A program made the translations under genes and the position numbers. A stretch of DNA of 63,883 nt, counting the filler, from Octopus bimaculoides (lineage: Eukaryota): assembly GCF_001194135.2 (NCBI RefSeq). It is 4 parts of 4 records of this genome, joined end to end, with 100 filler letters (N's around TTAATTAATTAA, not from the genome) between each part and the next. Parts side by side here need not be neighbours in the genome. Positions count along the whole stretch, not along the records: positions 1 to 30,883 come from NC_068992.1; 3 more parts are not named here. One strand, given 5' to 3'. How positions within the stretch are numbered: the first letter of the stretch is position 1; every line of letters begins with the position of its first letter. Positions 1-11,449 of the stretch are shown in pieces. The notes beneath the pieces are model-generated. The model was not told the DNA's origin and searched no databases. It saw only the letters and a program-made list of their open reading frames with translations.

Positions 1-202
1 ATTGATTGAGAAACCAGTGGTTTACCGTTAAGTTAAATGTTTTTAAGAGATTAATTTTGAAAGCTGCATTTCCTCGCTTTCGGTAAATATGTTGCTTATT
101 TTTTGGTAGTTTTTGACTTATTTAGTCCCTCTAAGCGTGAGGCATTACTATATAGTTAATGCCCTTATATATATATATATATATATGGTGGTTGTCTGCT
201 CC

Positions 203-960
203 TTATGCAGAGTTTGACCACCTCCTGTACCTACACTTTAGAACCATCATGGCATCTGATGTGGCTCTTTTTAAACCAGACAATGTTTTGAAAAGACACC
301 CACATAGATTGCACATCCGATTTGGGCCAACAAGAGCTGCAGATAAGTTCTGATCTTTGTGGATCTTAAAATGTCTTTTGAGGCCTCCGTTAGATTTGCA
401 AACCTTCTGGCATACATTGCACTGAAAGGTGTGCACAGATGCATGGGCAGAATAGTTGGTGGAGGTTCGTTTTCCATGGGTTCGCAAATGAGATTTGAGT
501 CCATCTAAAGAAAGCATGGTTTGTCACAAACTGTGCACATAAAAATGTCATTGTGATTCACCTTCCCGATCGTAACGTTCTTCCTTAAATCTCTCTTGAG
601 TCTTGCATGTGTTTTCCTGGCTTCTTCAAACGCTTTCACCCCATTCCACACTTTTGTTCGCCATCCAGCTCGATCCGAAGCAAGGGTTTCTATGTCCTCT
701 GGATCCATTCCAAGTGACTTCATAATAGTCCTTATGCCGTCTTTAAACCTGTTTTAGGTTTACGCCGATAGCGTTTCCCCTCTGCAAGCTCACTATAAAA
801 CAGCTGCTTGGGTGTGCGTTGATCCGCCATTCGAACAATACGGCCACACCATCTCATTTGGTTCCTCAAAATCATAGCTTTAATTGAGGTGATGCCTGTA
901 GATGTAAGGACATCTGTGTTTGGAGTAAAAGAACTCCATTTAATGTTTTAAATGCGATGA
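203..960 (-). mobile_element. RTE-clade LINE, 3' part of ORF with C-terminal C2H2 fingers (frameshifted)
   Basis: Manual translation gives AMILRNQMRWCGRIVRMADQRTPKQLFYSEL..GKR..RKPKTRFKD..MKSLGMD..IETLASDRAGWR, a typical RTE thumb/C-terminus. It is followed by CTVCDKPC/GLKSHLRTH, CNVCQKVCKSNGGLKRHFKIH and a partial CNLC finger. Confidence 0.85.
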
Positions 961-1029
961 AGACATTTTTTGATGGAAATGTTCTAACAATTTAAAATGT
1001 ATTTCATAACATGTCCATGTTTCACAAGA

Positions 1030-1247
1030 ATCTTTTCTGCTCTAGGCACAAGGACCAGAATTTTGGGGGAGGCGTCCAGTCTATTAGATCGATCCCCAGT
1101 ACGCAACTGGTACTTAATTTATCGACCCCGAAAGGATGAAAGGCAAAGTCGACCTCGGCGGAATTTGAACTCAGAACATAAAGACAGACGAAATACTGTT
1201 AAGCATTTCGCCCGGCGTGCTAACGTTTTCTGCCGGTTCGCCACCTT
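1030..1247 (-). mobile_element. SINE family B, inserted into the RTE
   Basis: Matches the many other copies (core ttgcctttcatcctttcggggtcgataaa..aagtaccagtt). It splits RTE coding sequence that resumes at about 1250. Confidence 0.85.
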
Positions 1248-1249
1248 CC

Positions 1250-1450
1250 CGTTTCACCAAAATACAACAGGGATGTTGTATTTACAAAATGATTTGTAAA
1301 GAGCCAACTTTGTATTGTTATTTATATGTTGCTGACGCCAAACGCGTGACTCCAAACCACCAAATGTTTGTGCTGCCCTTTGAATTTGCAGATGAGTTTC
1401 TAAGGTAGATGAACGAATCAACAACCTCAAGTCACTTAGCCTTGACAAAA
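1250..1450 (-). mobile_element. RTE LINE RT fragment
   Basis: IQRAAQTFGGLESRVWRQQHINNNTKLALYK resembles the RTE motif ASxAFGRLxxRVW..TKLxVY. Confidence 0.75.
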
Positions 1451-1728
1451 AGTTTAGGGGGTCACAAACAGGACCACATTACAACTTTTTTTTTTGTTTT
1501 TTTTTTTCTTTTTCAAGTTGATGGTCAATTCAAAATAATCACAAGCTGAGCCAAATGCAGATACAAGAGATTGCAGACCTGTTTCAGAATGACTGACAAG
1601 ATCGCAATCGTCAGCGTATAAGAATTCACTAAAGACTGAAGTAAAAACCTTCGTTTTAAATTTCAGTCTGGTTAGATTAAAACATTCCCTGTTGTTCGAT
1701 GTTTTATGTAAATACCCTCCTTAGAGTT

Positions 1729-1960
1729 TTAAAAAGCGTGTGGTGGCACAACACCAAAGTATATCGCAAATAGGGTGGGTGCATCAAGGTCTTGCTTTAC
1801 TCCATTTTCCACGGCAAAAGATTCAGAGAGCCTACCACCAAAATTTACTCTAGCTTTCATTTCATGATGCAAAGCCCTGACCATGTTTCTGGGCAACTTA
1901 TTTTCGTATTTTTTGGAAGGCAAAAGTTATGGCCGGTCATACAGTGACCATGGGTTTCGC
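1729..1960 (-). mobile_element. RTE LINE RT fragment
   Basis: ALHHEMKARVNFGGRLSESFAVENGVKQDLDAPTLFAIYF corresponds to the RT GVxQG..APTLF motif. Confidence 0.85.
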
Positions 1961-2489
1961 AGCTATAAAACACTTAACAGTATAGGCATCTCATTTTCAT
2001 GCACGTATAGTTCTCTGTGTATCTGTCTGTGTGTATGAGTATGTATGTTCATATATATATATACAAAAGTGTGAATGACGGTGAAAATCTAGTTTGTATC
2101 TTAGCCTTCTCCGCTTCATCCTTCTAATTGTTATCTTCTCTTTCTCTTCGTTTTTTCTTCTTGTTTTACCTTCACTTCTCGTTCTTCTTTCCCTTATTCT
2201 TTTTCATCGCATTTTTTCCCCCTTATCATTCTTCTCCTTCTCCCCAGCTACTTCTACTCCTTGTTCTTCTAAGCCTTCTTCTTTTCTGGCTTCTCTGCGT
2301 AGAGAACGCACTTGATTCGGATTCCACCCTTACCTCCCTCCCCCCGTAATGCAATCTGTCGCTGTCATTTTTTAATCAGGGGAAGTAACTCTATGGACTT
2401 GATAGCTGAGTTACTTCCTTTCACTAAGACATTCTCCTTAACCAGGACTGTATAGTTGTGTTTATATATATGTGTGTGTGTGTGTGTAT

Positions 2490-2870
2490 GTGGAGGCGCA
2501 ATGGCTCAGTGGCTAGGGCAGCGGACTCGCGGCTTCGATTCCCAGACCGGGCGTTGTGAGTGTTTATTGAGTGAAAACACCTAAAGTTCCACGAGGCTCC
2601 GGCAGGGGATGGTGGCGAACCCTGCTGTACTCTTTCACCACAACTCTCTCACTCACTCTTACTTCCTGTTTCTGTTGTGCCTGTATTTCAAAGGGTCAGC
2701 GTTGTCACACTGTGTCACGCTGAATATCCTCGAGAACTACGTTAAGGGTACACGTGTCTGTGGAGTGCTCAGTCACTTGCACGTTAATTTCATGAGCAGG
2801 CTGTTCCGTTGATCGGATCGACTGGAACCCTCGACGTCGTAAGCGACGGAGTGCCAACAACGCGAAAGAA
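2490..2870 (+). mobile_element. tRNA-headed SINE family C
   Basis: A-box-like tggctcagtgg and B-box-like ttcgattcc head. The body is near-identical in reverse complement to 12990-13345. Confidence 0.8.
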
Positions 2871-2938
2871 AGAAAGAAAGAAAGAGCAAGGAAAATAAAA
2901 TTAGAGAGGGAGTGTACACATCGTTTTTTCGTTCTTGG

Positions 2939-3215
2939 CTATAAAACGTGCGCGCGCACAAAAGCACAGCTCACAAAGAATAGAATTAAATAGTGGATCC
3001 CACGGCCCCAAAAAGTAAGAAGAAATACAATGCCTTCGCTTATAGGTGTCCCTGAGTCAGGGATGACTTAGTGAGAAATAGCAACAATAACAGCGACATA
3101 AGCAAATAGCAATTTAGACATCAGATTGATTGTAATGTTGAAGATGTGTTCTACGTCACCGTTATTTGTGTTCCAAAGCGGAAGCGGGACCATTTCATAT
3201 CAGGAAACTGAGGTA
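2939..3215 (+). promoter_or_regulatory. Possible promoter / 5' non-coding exon upstream of the lark-like gene
   Basis: TATAAAA at about 2940, locally CpG-richer unique sequence, ETS-like gcggaag at about 3176, and a donor-like gag|gtaaaa at about 3210. Motif-only evidence. Confidence 0.2.
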
Positions 3216-4459
3216 AAAGGGAGCGACTATTAATCGCCTTGAATTTTTTCGCCGTCTAGCTAAACGGTTTGCTTCTATATTCTGTTGTTTTGGCTGGCAC
3301 AAAGTATAACATAACCATAAATATTATATAATACGAGAAGTAGTTGCATGGATGTGCGATTAACTGGTGTGGAACTGCTGTCTTTTCTTTTTAAGGGATG
3401 ATTGTTTGTCTTTTCGTTTTCCGGAGAAAAAGCAGGAAGAAGAACAAGTACAAACACATACAACTTGCGCACAAACTATAAACTTACACACACACACACA
3501 CAAACTATAAACTTACACACACACACATTTATATATATATACATACACACNNNNNNNNNNNNNNNNNNNNNNNNNNNNNNNNNNNNNNNNNNNNNNNNNN
3601 NNNNNNNNNNNNNNNNNNNNNNNNNNNNNNNNNNNNNNNNNNNNNNNNNNNNNNNNNNNNNNNNNNNNNNNNNNNNNNNNNNNNNNNNNNNNNNNNNNNN
3701 NNNNNNNNNNNNNNNNNNNNNNNNNNNNNNNNNNNNNNNNNNNNNNNNNNNNNNNNNNNNNNNNNNNNNNNNNNNNNNNNNNNNNNNNNNNNNNNNNNNN
3801 NNNNNNNNNNNNNNNNNNNNNNNNNNNNNNNNNNNNNNNNNNNNNNNNNNNNNNNNNNNNNNNNNNNNNNNNNNNNNNNNNNNNNNNNNNNNNNNNNNNN
3901 NNNNNNNNNNNNNNNNNNNNNNNNNNNNNNNNNNNNNNNNNNNNNNNNNNNNNNNNNNNNNNNNNNNNNNNNNNNNNNNNNNNNNNNNNNNNNNNNNNNN
4001 NNNNNNNNNNNNNNNNNNNNNNNNNNNNNNNNNNNNNNNNNNNNNNNNNNNNNNNNNNNNNNNNNNNNNNNNNNNNNNNNNNNNNNNNNNNNNNNNNNNN
4101 NNNNNNNNNNNNNNNNNNNNNNNNNNNNNNNNNNNNNNNNNNNNNNNNNNNNNNNNNNNNNNNNNNNNNNNNNNNNNNNNNNNNNNNNNNNNNNNNNNNN
4201 NNNNNNNNNNNNNNNNNNNNNNNNNNNNNNNNNNNNNNNNNNNNNNNNNNNNNNNNNNNNNNNNNNNNNNNNNNNNNNNNNNNNNNNNNNNNNNNNNNNN
4301 NNNNNNNNNNNNNNNNNNNNNNNNNNNNNNNNNNNNNNNNNNNNNNNNNNNNNNNNNNNNNNNNNNNNNNNNNNNNNNNNNNNNNNNNNNNNNNNNNNNN
4401 NNNNNNNNNNNNNNNNNNNNNNNNNNNNNNNNNNNNNNNNNNNNNNNNNNNNNNNNNNN

Positions 4460-4494
<35 letters not shown>

Positions 4495-4529
4495 TGTATA
4501 TATGTAATTATACGTAATAATACGTAATT

Positions 4530-5053
4530 AGCGGAACTTCGAAACAGACATATTTCTACTGATTAAAATTATTAATTGGTTGTATTAGACAACACAAATG
4601 ACTTGAAACAATTTCAGAATTGCCACCAGAATCATAGCTGTTGACGTCGGTCTGGATTTTCGAAATTTGAAATCTGCACCAATTTCCAGAAATCCGGAAG
4701 TAAATTGTTCGATAAAGTTCCAAGGAACCGTGTATCAATTGTTTTGGAAACCTTGCTTGTATTAACAAATGTGAAGAACATTAATTGCATTCGCTCAAAC
4801 ACGTGTATGTTGTTATTTATAATGTCTATAAGTTGATAGTATTTTCTTTTAAACTGATATTGTTGATAACACTGTGTGTATGATACATATAAAGTGTGTA
4901 TATACCTAATATATATATAACCGATTCATCTACTTATTGGTAACCAAAAGGTATCTCACTTCTGCCAAGGTGATTTTGTTGCACAACACACACACACACA
5001 CACACACATATATTTATGTGGTCCTGTTTCTAAAATTGCATGATATATTGTAG
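4530..5053 (+). promoter_or_regulatory. Possible promoter, 5'UTR exon and 5'UTR intron of the lark-like gene
   Basis: ETS motif ccggaagt at 4694-4701, donor-like GTATGT at 4805, acceptor-like ttgtAG ending at 5053 (53 nt before the ATG). Confidence 0.3.
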
Positions 5054-5106
5054 AGACCACAACTCGTGTTATGTATTAAAAACTATATGTATGTAATTCG
5101 TGAATT

Positions 5107-5988
5107 ATGCCACGCACCACAAAATTATATGTTGGCAACTTGCCCAAGGGCAGCAGTGAGAGATCAGTATGGGACCTCTTCGCCAAGTATGGTGAAGTCG
5201 TGGAATGTGACATTATCAAAGACTTTGGATTCGTCCACTTTACTGAAAGCACAGATGCTATGAAAGCTGTTGAAAATCTAAACAATAAAGACTGGAATGG
5301 CTCAACCCTCAAGGTACAACCGTCCCACAGTAAAGTACACGCCAAACCCGGAATGGGCAACCGTGGTGAATGCATTCGATGTGGTAAAACTGGGCACTTA
5401 TGTAGGGATTGCCCTTCAGTTCGTGCTCGAGATTTCAGAAGTGGAGATTTACATGAAAAAACGTGCACCACTTTAAGTAATATTTCTAAAGAAATTAATG
5501 CTATGAATGGAAGTATTGATGGTCTTTACTCATTTCTAAGTAGATATCGCGAGAACAGTTACAAGGAATCTCCTGGGAATAACTACTCTCAAACAAATCC
5601 CGTTCAGGATTGGCTTGGAAAGAATGCTGATGGTGACCGAAACAGGCGCCAGAACCACAGCAACAACGATAACTTCAACAGTAACAAACAGAGACCTTAT
5701 TCCAACAACTACCCACCACCATCTATGACTGCAAGTCGTTTCCGACACCAACCATATCCTACAGCCAGCGAGAGACGGTCTGCATCATCTTCATCATCAT
5801 CGATGTCTGACAGTAAGCACCGACTCCCATCATTGTCATCCTCACATTCACTCTTGTCTTCTCGCCCAGGTAGTAACAGCAATAACCGTGATATGAACCC
5901 CTTTTTCCGACCACCACCTGAATATTATGAACATCTGAGGAGGAAGACAGTTGGCAACTCACATTTTGCTCGATCTCGTGAACATTAA
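5107..5988 (+). CDS. lark/RBM4-like RNA-binding protein (one RRM + CCHC zinc knuckle + low-complexity tail), 293 aa
   Basis: RNP2 KLYVGNL, RNP1-like KDFGFVHF, the lark-type segment FAKYGEVVECDII, linker KVHAKPGMG and knuckle CIRCGKTGHLCRDC (CX2CX4HX4C). The ORF is uninterrupted. Orthology versus paralogy to lark is unresolved, so no symbol is given. Confidence 0.92.
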   Translation: MPRTTKLYVGNLPKGSSERSVWDLFAKYGEVVECDIIKDFGFVHFTESTDAMKAVENLNNKDWNGSTLKVQPSHSKVHAKPGMGNRGECIRCGKTGHLCRDCPSVRARDFRSGDLHEKTCTTLSNISKEINAMNGSIDGLYSFLSRYRENSYKESPGNNYSQTNPVQDWLGKNADGDRNRRQNHSNNDNFNSNKQRPYSNNYPPPSMTASRFRHQPYPTASERRSASSSSSSMSDSKHRLPSLSSSHSLLSSRPGSNSNNRDMNPFFRPPPEYYEHLRRKTVGNSHFARSREH

Positions 5989-6377
5989 CAACAAACAGTA
6001 TTTTATATAAATTTGTATATGCTAAGAAAAGTGATATGTTTTAAATCCTTCATCATTGAACTCGCTCATGGACAAAGTTTTACAATTTCAAAGTGGATTT
6101 GAGTCGGGAGGAAGTAATTATAACTGAAAAACTAAAAAAAAAAACCTGCGAAGGAAATAATCAAAATATTTCAAAATGAATATCATTGCTTTAGAATGTG
6201 TAATGCATGTTTTAATTTCTTTTTCTTTTCTTAGCAAATCTATTTTAAGAATTTAGAGATCTTAAATGACCCAACTTCTTGATATCTAGAATCCTACTTA
6301 GCAATTTGAATTTTATACAAGTTAACAAAGTCTAATAGATTTATTCAGTATTGAACATTTTTCTTTTTACCTTTTAG

Positions 6378-6503
6378 GCAAGTGTCACACTGGCCTGACC
6401 ATTTATTATGAGGTTATTCCCTTCTAAAACTGGCACAAATGATAACAATTGCTACAACTATCCTATCCATTCTAGCATTGAAGAATTGATCTGAATGAAA
6501 ATG
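6378..6503 (+). other. Putative non-coding (3'UTR) exon
   Basis: Strong acceptor ttttctttttaccttttAG (6376-6377) and strong donor atg|GTGAGT (6504). 126 nt, with stops in all three frames. Confidence 0.5.
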
Positions 6504-7331
6504 GTGAGTGATTTTGAGGAGTGGGTGTGAGAGTGTTTCTTTGACATGGGCGAGCATAAATAATTATTTAAATTAAATTATGACAACCTGTTTCCTATGG
6601 CTAGTACAGGTGACATATTAACTATATGTGAATGTAATTAAATAACATTGGTGCTTTATGTATGTATCTATATATGTCAACATGTGTGTGTATATATGTC
6701 TATATATATGCACACATGCATAAATTCATACTCTCAGTACAATGGTTGTGAACTGAAGATGTTGGGCTTTTGACCACATGATGATCATAAGCTGTTACTG
6801 TCATTGTATTGTTTCTGAGCAAGGCACCTAACTCTAGTTTTTCTAGTTTGTCAGGTTAAACAAAATGCAGGTCCCATATTCAACTTCACAATAAATGAGT
6901 GGTTAGCAGTAAAATGGACATCAAATTATGAATTTTTTTTTTATCCAAGAAATAAGCCATCCCACCCAAAGCTTATATATATATATATATATATNNNNNN
7001 NNNNNNNNNNNNNNNNNNNNNNNNNNNNNNNNNNNNNNNNNNNNNNNNNNNNNNNNNNNNNNNNNNNNNNNNNNNNNNNNNNNNNNNNNNNNNNNNNNNN
7101 NNNNNNNNNNNNNNNNNNNNNNNNNNNNNNNNNNNNNNNNNNNNNNNNNNNNNNNNNNNNNNNNNNNNNNNNNNNNNNNNNNNNNNNNNNNNNNNNNNNN
7201 NNNNNNNNNNNNNNNNNNNNNNNNNNNNNNNNNNNNNNNNNNNNNNNNNNNNNNNNNNNNNNNNNNNNNNNNNNNNNNNNNNNNNNNNNNNNNNNNNNNN
7301 NNNNNNNNNNNNNNNTATATGCATGTGTATT

Positions 7332-7371
<40 letters not shown>

Positions 7372-7377
<6 letters not shown>

Positions 7378-7618
7378 AATAATAATCAGGTACTCAGATG
7401 TCTGGATGGTTGTATATTTACAGATTTTTATTCATATGTCACATGTTTTATAAATGAGTGCTTTCACCTAGTCTTGTAGGTTCATCAAATTTTGATAAAA
7501 TTTGATAAACCTACAAGACTAGGTGAAAGCGCTAATTTATAAAACATGTGACATATGAATAAAAATCTGTAAATATACAACCATCCAGACATCTGAGTAC
7601 CTGATTATTATTTTTTCT
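7372..7618. repeat. About 122-bp-arm palindrome with a degenerate hammerhead motif in each arm
   Basis: Arms 7372-7493 and 7497-7618, 3-nt loop (gat), about 3 internal mismatches. HHR-like motifs at 7498-7538 (+) and 7452-7492 (-). Confidence 0.85.
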
Positions 7619-8479
7619 GATATATAATTCCTGTACATCACCTCCAAACCTTCCAATATATATATACACACACACACATATATATATGTGCATGTGTATT
7701 TGTGTATATATTTATGTAATGTATGTGTGTGTGTGTATATATATATATATGTAGTGATACACATACAGGGTGGTCCAAAATCCACAAGGTCTGGCTGCAT
7801 GTTGTGATCTGTGAACATATGATGGCTTTAGCCATTGCAGTTGGTAACTTTTACTCCACTCAGATTCCATCCACTGAAATAACTATCTGTTCATACAGAT
7901 AGCNNNNNNNNNNNNNNNNNNNNNNNNNNNNNNNNNNNNNNNNNNNNNNNNNNNNNNNNNNNNNNNNNNNNNNNNNNNNNNNNNNNNNNNNNNNNNNNNN
8001 NNNNNNNNNNNNNNNNNNNNNNNNNNNNNNNNNNNNNNNNNNNNNNNNNNNNNNNNNNNNNNNNNNNNNNNNNNNNNNNNNNNNNNNNNNNNNNNNNNNN
8101 NNNNNNNNNNNNNNNNNNNNNNNNNNNNNNNNNNNNNNNNNNNNNNNNNNNNNNNNNNNNNNNNNNNNNNNNNNNNNNNNNNNNNNNNNNNNNNNNNNNN
8201 NNNNNNNNNNNNNNNNNNNNNNNNNNNNNNNNNNTTTCCTCAGTTCTTTAAAATTTGATATTTCATTTTTATGAATGATTTTTCTAATTTTTTTTAATGA
8301 AATATTGTGTTTTTTTTTTTGTTTTTTTTTTCCTGTTATAAATATTGTTCTGGTTACTTTTATTATTGTCATTCTTGTAAGGAAATGGTTAATTAGAATG
8401 TCAAAAATTCTAATTGTTAACGACTGTGGATAACAGAAATGACAGAAAGAGAAAATACCTTGCAAGACAATGCTTGCTT

Positions 8480-9210
8480 GCATTCCGAGTTCAAATTCAA
8501 CTTGAGTTGATGTTACCGTTTATCTTCCTAGTATTTGTGACTATGTGAGAAATTAATATAAGGCAACACGCTGGCAGAATCATTAGCACGTTGGTGAAAA
8601 TGTATAGCAGAATTCTCGCTCTTTACATTCGGTGTTCAGATTCTGCCAGTCAACTTTGCCTTTCCTCCTTTTGGAGTCAACAAAATAATTGCCAGTTGAG
8701 TACTAGGGGCAATGCAATCAACTATCCCTTTCCCAAAATTTCAGGCCTTGTGCCTATAGTAGAAAGAATTATTGTTATTGAAGCATTGAACTGGCAGAAT
8801 TGTTAGTGCATCAGACAAAAATGCTTAGCAGTATTTCTTTATGTTCTGAGTTCAAATCACACTGAGGTTGACTTTGCCTTTTATGCTTTTGGGGTCAATG
8901 AAATAAGTACCAGTTGAGCATTGGAGTTAATGTAATCAACTTACCTCTCACCTAAAATTGTTGGCTCTGTGCCAAAATTTGAAATTGTTATTATTGAGTT
9001 AGCAAGCTGGCAGATTTATATGTGTCACAAAAAAAAAAGATCCTCAGCAATATTTCTTCTTGCTCTCTATGTTCTTGCCAAGGTCAATTTTCCCTTTCAT
9101 CCTTTCAGGGTTAATGAAATAAAGTACCTGTTGAGTACTGGGGTCAGTGTAATCGACTTATCCCTTCCCCCTTAAAAATAACTGGCTTTGTGCCAAAATT
9201 TGAAACAATT
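8480..9210 (+). mobile_element. Cluster of 3-4 degenerate tandem family-B SINE copies
   Basis: Repeated ctggcagaat..ttagc..ttctgagttcaaat..actttgccttt..aagtaccagttgag modules at about 8480, 8560, 8790 and 9050. Confidence 0.7.
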
Positions 9211-10936
9211 ATTGTTATGGTCAACCATATCTAAACAAAATTATGGGTTTGTGCAAATATGAAAAACCATTAAATTATTTTTATTATTAACAGATCTCTT
9301 AAACGCAATGTATGGTTGAGTATTAGACCAAGTTGCTTGCTATATTTAGTATGATACCTTTATGTTCTCATTTCAAAACTTTGCCTTTTACACTTTTGGA
9401 GCTGAAGCCATAGAAAGATACAGGACTGGACTGTCAGTGTTGTAGAATGGTACAGTGCTGGGTCGACATGTGAAGACTTTGGAATGCTACAGTGCTGAGT
9501 TACCTTGTCAGTGTTGTGCTGAACTGTGAAATGATGCAATGTTTTAACTAAATGTCTGAGTATTTAGTTATCCCCTCTGCATTCTGATTTGAAATCATAT
9601 CCTTAGATAACTTGTTTTTTATCTGTCCAGGCTTGATAAAGTAGGTACCTGTAATATACTGGCAGATTCAACTGACCATACGATTTCACGACAATCTTCC
9701 AGCATTGTAGCAAAGTAAGGATGATGGATAACTGAATTGACAGAGCATCAAACTTAATACCTTGTAATGGTTTTGTTTCTGTGTTCTGAATTCAAATCTT
9801 ATTAAGGTTGCTTTTACCATTTACCATTCTTGGGTTGGTAAATGAAAGTGCTAGTTGAGTGAGTGGTATTAAATCTAGGCCTACTGCCTCCTCACTCCAA
9901 AGTTTTATGCTTTTGTTAGCAATTACCATTAGCAGATATATAAAGAAGGTGGAATGGTATAATTGGAGTGTTGGACAAAATGCCTCAAACTATTTTATTA
10001 CAATCGCTTGTTTTCTGAAGTCAAGTCCCACCAAAGTTAGCATTGCTTTTCATCCATCTGGAAGGGACAGAGAGTCGATTAAATGAACAATCCACACCCC
10101 CAAAACCTATGGCCTTGTGAAAATGTTAGAAATTACTGTTAACCAATGTATGATGAAAAAAACAAGATGAAATGTTTTAATTTTTAAATGAAAGATTCCT
10201 TATATTTTCTCATGTGTTTTTGTTAAGTTCAATAACTGCCAATATTACCAATGATTTACATCTCTTATGAAATATTACTTTTATTTTCATTATTCAGTTG
10301 ATTTAATCATTGTAATAAAATCACTTTAATTTCATTTTGCATGATTGTTTTTGTTTTTAATTCTTCTACTATTGATCTGAAGTTTAAAATTATTAGTCTT
10401 TTCCAATTTATTTAAAAATTAGGAATATCTTTCATACAAGGTGGTATCCTGGACTAGTTCTGTAGAGCTCCAACAGATGGCAGCACTTGGTTGCATTCGC
10501 AGTGACCTTCATGACAAAGTGGGTCGAGTGACATTGCAATGATTACTTCACAAGTTATGGAATTTGTGTTTTTGTGATCATGTGTGTGCTGTATGTTGTC
10601 TGCAATTTTTGTCAAAGAGATAAAGTAGGAAAACAGAGTCAGTGTGAAATTTTGCGTTACAGATATATTAGGCATGCTTCAGCAACAAGGCAATGGGTTC
10701 TACGCAATGCTTCAAGAGGCACAGGAACATCCCTGAAGACCCGCCATGAGTGTCACCAGCAGAAATGGGGAGAAAATTCCTCACCTTGTACATGAGGATC
10801 GTTGGAAGATGACAAAACGGCTAATGTTGATCTGTGTAATGCGATTATTTTGAAGATCATGTTAAAATTTGCGTAAATAAGTTTCAGTCTGGAAAATATT
10901 TTCATACCACCTCATATGAATTAAACTTTTACATAT

Positions 10937-10975
<39 letters not shown>

Positions 10976-11023
10976 CAAACAGGTATAGGGTATATATAAC
11001 ATAAATAAATATAGGGATGAGGT

Positions 11024-11160
11024 GGTGAAGCACAACCTCCGAACATTAGGCCTCAGTGAGGTAATGACTTCTGACCGAGACCTTTGGAAATATGCTGTGC
11101 AAGAGAAGACCCAGCAAGCCAAGTGAGACCAAAATCTAAGGCCTCTGCCAGAGATGTAGC
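11024..11160 (+). mobile_element. RTE LINE ORF end fragment
   Basis: DEVVKHNLRTLGLSEVMTSDRDLWKYAVQEKTQQAK resembles RTE C-termini (..DR..WR..V). Confidence 0.6.
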
Positions 11161-11449
11161 CAGCCTACTTATGCATAACATTCCTTCTTTGGACACTAAA
11201 CTCCTCTTGCGGAGGTGTTTGGCTATTTTTATAGTAGGTGTTTGGCTATTTTTAGAGATGATGCCAAGTTTATTTTTAGAAATGATGACATTTTAGAGAT
11301 TCTTTGTGTTTTAGTTATAGGGATAAGATTTTTAAACTGCAAGTAAGATTAATTTAATTATTGTTTGTTAAGAGTGGGTTTGAATTTCTTAATAAAGTCC
11401 TTTTCTTTGCGTTTTCTCTCAATTTCATTCAGGTTGTAAAGTTTATGGA

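Noticed and set aside
3402-4517. Long ORFs made of X residues (also at about 6.9, 7.9, 18.4, 22.6, 34.9, 36.5, 43.0 and 61.3 kb)
   Set aside because: They run through N gaps and are not coding evidence.
7764-7790. TA-CAGGGTGGTCCAAAA Tc1/mariner-like end
   Set aside because: No matching second end is visible; a gap follows.
10441-10860. Unique exon-like sequence with short ORFs
   Set aside because: No recognisable protein similarity and weak splice sites. It could be UTR or lncRNA but is unsupported.
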